Of a DNA stretch of 64,000 nt, positions 57,875 to 64,000 are shown piece after piece. The position numbers and the translations under genes were made by a program. The notes beneath the pieces are model-generated. The model was not told the origin of the DNA. It was given only the letters and a program-made list of their open reading frames with translations, and made no database searches. The stretch comes from a bacterium (GTDB taxonomy: Bacteria; Patescibacteriota; Minisyncoccia; Phycocordibacterales; UBA6899), in contig JAYTWK010000013.1 in NCBI GenBank assembly GCA_043743715.1, forward strand, positions 5,268 to 69,267, read 5' to 3'. Position 1 is the first letter of the stretch, and each line of letters starts with the position of its first letter.

Positions 57875-58627
57875 TTACTTCCCTCCCCACTTTTTTACCA
57901 ACACAATTTCCTCGGCTTTCGAGGCTACTTTTTGAAATCTGGCCTTCTTTCCTTTTACTCTCGCTTCGCACTCTGCCCACGTCTTGTGCACCGTTACCTT
58001 ACCATCGACGAGACTGACATACGAATACGCCTTAATCTTCGCGCGCTCCTTCCCTGCCTTACGTTTTTCGAGCGCATCCTCATCGATACTGATGTTCAGA
58101 ATGTCGATCGCGTAATCGCCTATCACGCCATCAAAAAGACCCGGCTCGTCTTCCTTGGCATAGCTGGTCGCTATCACATCACAGCGCTCGTTACCCGCAA
58201 TACCCGAGTGCCCCGGAACATGCCTCCATGCGGTGGTTCCAAATTTCTGTCTGTCCTTAAGGAGCGGGAGGAGTATCTCCCATAAATCCCGGTTCTCAAC
58301 ATCTTTCTTTGCCATGGTCTGCCAGTTGCGGCGCTTCCAGCCTTCGGCCCACTGTGTTGAGCCCATGTGTGCATATGTTGAGTCGGTAAATATAGTGAGA
58401 TCTCCGGATTCTTCTTCTAGACGCCTGAGTCCCTCGATAAGTCCGGTGAGTTCCATGCGATTATTGGTCGTGTACTTCTCAAAACCGCCAAGTTCGACGA
58501 CGTGTTTTTTGTTCAGCACAACCACGGTGCCGTAGCCACCTCTGCCCGGATTGCCGAGCGAACTCCCGTCGGCAAAAAGTAAGTGTCCGTCAAAATCTTC
58601 CATGCTATCTTCCATGCTATCTTCCAT
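57875..58627 (-). CDS. rnhA: Ribonuclease HI with C-terminal hybrid-binding (Cauli_VI-like) domain
   Basis: FADGSSLGNPGRGG, TNNRMEL, TDS.Y, VENRDLW, GHSG..GNERCD; TWAECEARVKG. Confidence 0.95.
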   Translation of the reverse strand: MEDSMEDSMEDFDGHLLFADGSSLGNPGRGGYGTVVVLNKKHVVELGGFEKYTTNNRMELTGLIEGLRRLEEESGDLTIFTDSTYAHMGSTQWAEGWKRRNWQTMAKKDVENRDLWEILLPLLKDRQKFGTTAWRHVPGHSGIAGNERCDVIATSYAKEDEPGLFDGVIGDYAIDILNISIDEDALEKRKAGKERAKIKAYSYVSLVDGKVTVHKTWAECEARVKGKKARFQKVASKAEEIVLVKKWGGK

Positions 58628-58745
58628 CCCGTTAGAGATTAATCATGTTTGTAAATAAGGTTATATGAGTTTGCAAAATATATGTCATGTATCAATATGG
58701 AGATCTGAGCGAACGGAAGTGCCGCACTTCCTATCTCTAACGGGA
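58628..58745 (-). mobile_element. Start-codon insertion element copy 3 (rnhA)
   Basis: Minus strand ATGGAA-TCCCGTTAGAGAT...ATCTCTAACGGG-ATGGAA. Confidence 0.82.
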
Positions 58746-58763
58746 TTCCATAGGTAGATGATA

Positions 58764-60458
58764 TCACTTCACATCAACTATTCGTAGTCGCAATTCGGAG
58801 CGACCGCGGAAATGAGACTGCTCAAAAGTTGCCGTAAGACTGATGCGTGCACCACTACGAATATCAGCGTTCTTAAAGGTATTCGGATTCATAAAAAATC
58901 CCATCGCAGTAACCGCATCTCCCGTCTCGTTATTTACGAAAATAAGTTTCATGTGTTCTCTCCCCTTTCCGAACTGCTCTACTTTTGAGATCTCAATGTT
59001 CTCAAACTGAAATAGCGGGCGCGGATTGCCGACCCCAAATGGAGCAAGTCGGTCGATGGCCCTAAAGACTTCCAGATTCACATCTTCAATATCGAGTATG
59101 CTGTCAATATCTGAATGTGCGGTCGATTTTGCTTTTTTTTCAACTTTTGCATGTGCATCGACGAGCGCCGATTCGAGGAAATGAATCGCATCATCACCGA
59201 TTGAGAATCCTCCCGAAAATTCATGTCCTCCTTTATCGATGAGCACGCCCTCGCGTACTGCAACCATGAGCTCAAATACATTCACCCTGCCGTCCGAGCG
59301 GCACGAACCTTTGATGACCTGCGAGCCTTCTTTGCCCCAGACGAATGCCGGGCGGTCATAAGTCTCGGCAAGTTTATTGGCGACGATACCCGCGACTCCG
59401 ACACGCCACTTCGAATTGCCCACAACAATCACTTCACGCAACTCGCGCTTATCGACGAGATGAGTAGCTTCCTTCACCATGCGGGCTACTTCACTCTTGC
59501 GCTCGACATTCAGCGCTGCCAAATGTGCGGCGAGCGAATTCGCCTGACTTACATCACGCGTCGAAAGCAGCTCGAAGGCGCGTAGCGGCACGTCCATCCG
59601 CGATGCGGCATTCACACGCGGCCCAATAGTGAACCCCACATCTTCTTCGGTGAGATAACGCTGATCGACGCCTGCTTCTTTGAGAAGTGCAAGCAGTCCC
59701 GGGCGCGGAGACTTCCGCAGCACTTTAAGTCCGTAGTACGCGAGCATCCGGTTCTCATTCTGGAGCGGCACCATATCGGCAATGGTCGAGAGTCCTGCCA
59801 TGTCCAAGAGCCACTTCTCCCAGCCAGCGGGAATGTCACCAAACTTTCCCTCTTTCTTTCCGCGCATGAGAATTGCCTGAGAGAGCTTGAACGCAACACC
59901 TGCACCGCACAACATGTTGTCGGGATAGGTATCACCTTGTTGTTTTGAATTGATTACCGCATATGCCGGGGGCAAATTTGATGGAGGAAGATGATGGTCG
60001 GTAACGATGACATCGATACCGAGCGACTGCGCCATCTCAACTTCGGCAAAGTCAGAGATGCCGCAATCAACCGTGATGATGAGGTCAACTTTTTCTTTTG
60101 CAAACTTTGCGATTGCTTCTTTATTGAGTCCATATCCTTCGTGATGGCGGTGCGGAATATAGTTTGAAAATTTCGTCACTCCAATCTTCTCGAACAGGTC
60201 GTGCAAAATAACCGAGCCGGGAATGCCGTCGCAGTCATAATCGCCGTAAATGACGATGCGCTCGCTACCGCGTATGGCGGTGAAGATGCGGTCGACCGCG
60301 CGCTCCATGTTGAGGATGAGGAATGGATCATGACTGTCGCGCTCATAATCAGGATTCAAAAAACGATCTTGGGCATCGGGATCTTCGATGCCCCTATTCT
60401 TTAAGAGTAGCTCGGTGATGGGGTGAAGTGCTTGTGCCTCCTCTTGCTGTTGCTTCAT
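58764..60458 (-). CDS. recJ: ssDNA-specific exonuclease RecJ
   Basis: YGDYDCDG, TVDCGI, TDHH, CGAGVAFK, GGH, PFGVGNP. Confidence 0.97.
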   Translation of the reverse strand: MKQQQEEAQALHPITELLLKNRGIEDPDAQDRFLNPDYERDSHDPFLILNMERAVDRIFTAIRGSERIVIYGDYDCDGIPGSVILHDLFEKIGVTKFSNYIPHRHHEGYGLNKEAIAKFAKEKVDLIITVDCGISDFAEVEMAQSLGIDVIVTDHHLPPSNLPPAYAVINSKQQGDTYPDNMLCGAGVAFKLSQAILMRGKKEGKFGDIPAGWEKWLLDMAGLSTIADMVPLQNENRMLAYYGLKVLRKSPRPGLLALLKEAGVDQRYLTEEDVGFTIGPRVNAASRMDVPLRAFELLSTRDVSQANSLAAHLAALNVERKSEVARMVKEATHLVDKRELREVIVVGNSKWRVGVAGIVANKLAETYDRPAFVWGKEGSQVIKGSCRSDGRVNVFELMVAVREGVLIDKGGHEFSGGFSIGDDAIHFLESALVDAHAKVEKKAKSTAHSDIDSILDIEDVNLEVFRAIDRLAPFGVGNPRPLFQFENIEISKVEQFGKGREHMKLIFVNNETGDAVTAMGFFMNPNTFKNADIRSGARISLTATFEQSHFRGRSELRLRIVDVK

Positions 60459-60550
60459 AAAGAGCATACTACCATCCGGCATGAATCCCTGCCTACAAAC
60501 CCAACCTTGATTCAACTTGAGCATATGAAGGCGCACCCAAAATCTCATTA

Positions 60551-60581
60551 TGTGGATTATCTGTGGATAACCTGTGGAGTA
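60551..60581 (-). promoter_or_regulatory. Three tandem DnaA-box-like sites
   Basis: TGTGGATTA, TGTGGATAA (perfect TTATCCACA on minus strand), TGTGGAGTA at 11-bp spacing. Confidence 0.5.
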
Positions 60582-60655
60582 TAGAGCAGCTACAGAGTAC
60601 CATGAGTACCCTTTGCTCTATATAATGAGTATATATTCACACTAATCTTGATTAT

Positions 60656-60994
60656 ATGTCATTATTTGGACCACCAAAACCGGGCGGCATCACAAAAGAG
60701 GAGCTGACGTTCGTACGCGGAGAGCTGTTGAACGCGCCGTTCGGACACAGCGCTGAGAAACTTTCTGAAACCCAGGTAAATGAAATCATCGAAGACCTCA
60801 CTATGGCGATGGACCCAGACACCGCGCAGGATATGAAGTACGGATGGGCACAGGTTGATGCAGCGGAAGCTGCCGAGATAGAAGCCGACGCCGCGAACAG
60901 TAAGGGTCTTAAATACTCCGCCGCTCAAGTCGCGCACATTCATGAAGTACTCGCGAAGTACCTCGCTATCAATAAACACAAATCATTCATCTAA
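60656..60994 (+). CDS. Hypothetical protein
   Basis: 112-aa ORF directly upstream of HIT gene. Confidence 0.75.
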   Translation: MSLFGPPKPGGITKEELTFVRGELLNAPFGHSAEKLSETQVNEIIEDLTMAMDPDTAQDMKYGWAQVDAAEAAEIEADAANSKGLKYSAAQVAHIHEVLAKYLAINKHKSFI

Positions 60995-60997
60995 TGT

Positions 60998-61414
60998 ATG
61001 GATAAGGACTGTTTATTCTGCAAACTTGTAGACGGGAGTATTCCTATTGCCGCAAAAGTATTTGAAGACGAAGACACACTGGCATTTCTTGATATCCATC
61101 CGATAAATCGCGGACACACACTTGTAGTTCCCAAAGAGCATCATGTAAATATCTATGACACGCCGCCTGAAGTATTCGCGAAAGTCATGCGTACCGTGCA
61201 GATGCTTGCACCGAAAATCAAGCAGTCTGTCGGAGCGGAAGGTATCAATATTGGTATCAACAATGACCAAGCTGCAGGACAGCTCATCTACCATTTTCAC
61301 GTGCAAATCATTCCTCGTTTCACCGGAGACGGTCGTGAACACTGGCACGGCAACCCCTATGAAGAAGGGGAAATCGCAACCATCGGCGACATCATCGCTG
61401 GGGAGTTCAAGTAG
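60998..61414 (+). CDS. HIT family protein
   Basis: CLFC, AFLDIHP..GHTLVVPK, HFHVQ (third His of the triad replaced by Gln). Confidence 0.92.
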   Translation: MDKDCLFCKLVDGSIPIAAKVFEDEDTLAFLDIHPINRGHTLVVPKEHHVNIYDTPPEVFAKVMRTVQMLAPKIKQSVGAEGINIGINNDQAAGQLIYHFHVQIIPRFTGDGREHWHGNPYEEGEIATIGDIIAGEFK

Positions 61415-61478
61415 ATGTTTTGACAAAAACTCTATAATCGCTTACATTCATTTCGGATGTAATACTAAGGAGCAAAGA

Positions 61479-62123
61479 ATGACGCGACGCGAGATTATTG
61501 ATGCGCAGCTATATTTTTATATGTCGGGCGGTGCTGGTTGCCTCTTTGTTGCGCACGCAGCAAATGACCCAAGTAAGTACGAATGGAGGCTTGAAATACT
61601 TCAGGCCACGATACACAAAGTAGATGCGACAATCAAAACAGCCATGGAAGACGGGGGAATATCAACGTTGAGCTTGCTTTTTCCTTCGATTTTGACAGCC
61701 GAACATCTCGTGGAATTCCTGAAAGAACTCGGGGCTGCGAGTAAGTATGTCGGCATTAGTCAATATGAAGAGTTGCTCGATGCTGTTTGCCTAGGATTGC
61801 GTGCAAGGATTTCGGGACTGACATCTTGGGTAACAGGGTTTGGCCCGTTTGATTTTCTTCCTGCTACGCGACGTGCCCCTCACGTTGAACTCACAATGCG
61901 AATAAACCCCCGACCTCACTACAATGTGGTGATGAAAGAAGCCCCATCTGGTGTTATCCACCTGGCAGACATGGACATGAAAAGTATGAGACAGAAGAAA
62001 TTCCTCGCGCTTTGGAACGGCTCATTCATAAATACTGAGAAAATCCTCGGCCACAAGCCCGACCTCCGTAGTGCCGCTCGCACCACATTTGCCATCCCTA
62101 AGGTAATTTGGGAGCGACAATAG
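61479..62123 (+). CDS. Hypothetical protein (weak resemblance to YqcI/YcgG-like proteins)
   Basis: SD AAGGAG; GCLFVA, SLLFP, GFGP..LPATRRAP. Confidence 0.7.
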   Translation: MTRREIIDAQLYFYMSGGAGCLFVAHAANDPSKYEWRLEILQATIHKVDATIKTAMEDGGISTLSLLFPSILTAEHLVEFLKELGAASKYVGISQYEELLDAVCLGLRARISGLTSWVTGFGPFDFLPATRRAPHVELTMRINPRPHYNVVMKEAPSGVIHLADMDMKSMRQKKFLALWNGSFINTEKILGHKPDLRSAARTTFAIPKVIWERQ

Positions 62124-62166
62124 GAAAACCGAAAAGCAGCGGTATACTTAGGTGTATCGCTGCTTT

Positions 62167-62853
62167 ATGAAAAAAATTATAACATTCGGGGAACGAGCAA
62201 AATCATTTTTTAGTGACTTACAAGTCCCCAACAATCTTCCTGCGAGCATTTCACCAATATTCCCAATTCGAAGCGGAGCACACGTCTATTTCGATGCTTT
62301 CGCCGATGCATACCTTAATGACGAGAACGAGAGGGTATTCGTGTTGGGAATCAACCCGGGTAGATTCGGGTCAGGTGTAACAGGAATTCCATTCACCGAT
62401 CCCGTGCAGCTCGAGCTATCTCTTGGGATTAGGAACGAACTAAAAAAGAGACAGGAGCTTTCCTCAAGTTTTATCTATTTGCTAATTAAGAGAGCTGGCG
62501 GACCAAAAAAGTTTTATGAACGATTTTATCTTGGCGCAGTATGTCCTGTTGGCTTCCTGCGAAACGGCAAGAATCTAAATTACTATGATGACGCTGAGTT
62601 ACTTAAACGAATCTCACCATACATACGCGACTCCTTGCGTGCCCAAAAAAAGCTTGGAGCAAAACGCACCCTGGTCATTTTGGGGAAAGGCAAACATGCA
62701 AAAATCTTCTCACAATTAAATAAAGAATTTGAGTTCTTTGACAAGATTGTCTTTCTTGAACACCCGCGGTACGTCATGCAATATAAACGAAAAAAATTGG
62801 AAGAATATATCGAAAAATATCTGCGTACCCTAAATGACGCATTTACAAAATGA
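62167..62853 (+). CDS. SMUG2/DUF4918 uracil-DNA glycosylase family protein
   Basis: LGINPGRFGSGVTGIPFTDP, ELSS.F, NYYD, LEHPRYVMQY. Confidence 0.9.
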   Translation: MKKIITFGERAKSFFSDLQVPNNLPASISPIFPIRSGAHVYFDAFADAYLNDENERVFVLGINPGRFGSGVTGIPFTDPVQLELSLGIRNELKKRQELSSSFIYLLIKRAGGPKKFYERFYLGAVCPVGFLRNGKNLNYYDDAELLKRISPYIRDSLRAQKKLGAKRTLVILGKGKHAKIFSQLNKEFEFFDKIVFLEHPRYVMQYKRKKLEEYIEKYLRTLNDAFTK

Positions 62854-62901
62854 TAATGACGTTATAGATTGTACGGGAATCTTAATCAACAGGAGTTCTC
62901 G

Positions 62902-63162
62902 ATGAAAAACATGAATCTCTCGATAATCGTTCATGTACTTGTGTCTGAACAGCTGAAAATTCACCCGCTTCCATGGAGGATCGAGCGAGACTGGGCATAT
63001 CAAGTCGTAGCTGTCGACGGAGCGGTTATCGCACAATCGCACAAGACTGAAGTGGTGGAGTGCATCGTGCAGGTTGCTGAAGAAATCAATCGCGAACAAA
63101 GTAGTGCTCTCGAATCGACGCCCGAGAAGGGGCACTTTGAAATCATCGCAAGCGCAGCGTAA
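62902..63162 (+). CDS. Small hypothetical protein
   Basis: SD AGGAG; HPLPWRIE..W..VVA.DG; terminator AAGCGGCCCTGGCCGCTTTTTT follows. Confidence 0.65.
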   Translation: MKNMNLSIIVHVLVSEQLKIHPLPWRIERDWAYQVVAVDGAVIAQSHKTEVVECIVQVAEEINREQSSALESTPEKGHFEIIASAA

Positions 63163-63293
63163 TGCGCACAACACAAGCGGCCCTGGCCGCTTTTTTATTG
63201 GGGCAAGGGAACGTGCAAAAGTACCTCTCACCTCACTAACAGCAAGACTGTGGTGCTAAAATGCGGTATGCCGTGCTGGAAACGAGCAATGCC

Positions 63294-63368
63294 CACTGGC
63301 ACGGCAACCCCTATGAAGAAGGGGAAATCGCAACCATCGGCGACATCATCGCTCGGGAATTCAAATAA
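63294..63368 (+). repeat. Direct repeat of HIT gene 3' end (61340-61414)
   Basis: First 60 nt identical, 71/75 overall. Confidence 0.95.
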
Positions 63369-63380
63369 TATGACCTTGTA

Positions 63381-63641
63381 CTATGAGTAAAGCTGGCTAT
63401 GCGTGACAATAGCTACAAATATCGCAGCATCTTCATTTTCTGCTTTGTAGATTGCGCGAATGTCCCCAGTTACATTGATACTTCGATGATGTCTGTACTT
63501 CCCGTACAGTTCATGATTCTCGAGTCGTGAATCAAATGCATCTTGATAAAATATTTCAAGTTGTATTTCAAATTTATTCTTGATGCGCTCAGAGAGTTTA
63601 GTAAATTGTCTTTGAAACTGCTTATGAAATATTGTGCGCAT
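63381..63641 (-). CDS. YafQ/RelE-type toxin
   Basis: F.RQF.KL, LENHELYG, RSINVTGDIRAIY, THSQLY. Confidence 0.88.
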   Translation of the reverse strand: MRTIFHKQFQRQFTKLSERIKNKFEIQLEIFYQDAFDSRLENHELYGKYRHHRSINVTGDIRAIYKAENEDAAIFVAIVTHSQLYS

Positions 63642-63646
63642 GGAAG

Positions 63647-63928
63647 CTATTTGAGTCTACGCAAATATGCGTTTGCAGCTTTTGCCGTAGCAAACTTAGG
63701 CGACATATTTTTCCTTGCCTTGATGTCTTTCTCCACCTGCTCAAGCACTCGCTCGAGATGTTGGGTCATCTGGTAGCCTGCAGAAAACTGCACCGAGCGT
63801 GTACGAATAAATTGCTTGAGTGATGCCGTAACAAAGGATGCAAGAGTGAATCCTAATTCGTGAGCAAGCTTTTGTGCTTCTTCCTTAACTTTCTTATCTG
63901 TCTTGATGTTGATCATAGTTGTCTTCAT
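63647..63928 (-). CDS. RelB/DinJ-type antitoxin
   Basis: INIKTDKKVKEEAQKLA.ELG.TL...V...LKQFIR. Confidence 0.88.
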   Translation of the reverse strand: MKTTMINIKTDKKVKEEAQKLAHELGFTLASFVTASLKQFIRTRSVQFSAGYQMTQHLERVLEQVEKDIKARKNMSPKFATAKAANAYLRRLK

Positions 63929-64000
63929 ATCCAAAGTATATACTTTGGATACATTCTGTGAACAGGCAATTTGTGTACAAATTATCGAGTGAGCACGTTA

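Noticed and set aside
61155-61478. N-terminal extension of the 322-aa ORF
   Set aside because: Overlaps HIT in another frame; SD-led ATG at 61479 is the better start

Overview
Chromosomal segment of a bacterium using genetic code 11 (TGA read as stop). It is most likely a Patescibacteria/CPR (Parcubacteria-like) genome, inferred from the forms of bS21, bL28 and uL23, the CPR-type Cys-rich secreted motif, the scarcity of Shine-Dalgarno sequences and the fragmented ribosomal operons. 1-8.3 kb is a defence island: an EcoEI-type type I R-M system with DUF3800 plus a convergent ncRNA and a Fic gene inserted, a Panacea/RelE TA pair, and several R-M and recombinase scars. 8.4-15 kb is a heavy-metal RND efflux cluster. 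Next come two tRNA-Val genes around adenosine kinase and ahcY, then trxB, ftsZ-ftsA-ybeY-rpsU, an IS5-family element truncating a dioxygenase, and a split S10/str region (rplB-rplW-rplD-rplC-rpsJ-tuf ... fusA ... rpsG-rpsL) interleaved with a GATase-II / ATP-grasp-like / M20 cluster and a TA pair. The remainder holds rpmB, a split comEC, IS630, rnhA, recJ, a HIT gene with a duplicated 3' end around a 1.9-kb cassette, and a final TA pair. The most striking unexplained signal is a family of three ~118-bp elements with terminal inverted repeats (TCCCGTTAGA...TCTAACGGG). Each sits exactly at the start codon of an unrelated gene (rpsU, dedA, rnhA) and duplicates the ATG plus 2-3 nt. Also notable are two large, apparently non-coding structured RNAs (~370 and ~300 nt), tRNA-templated structured tails, structured inserts abutting stop codons, and pervasive leaderless promoter architecture. 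All calls were made by eye; no database searches or folding programs were run.
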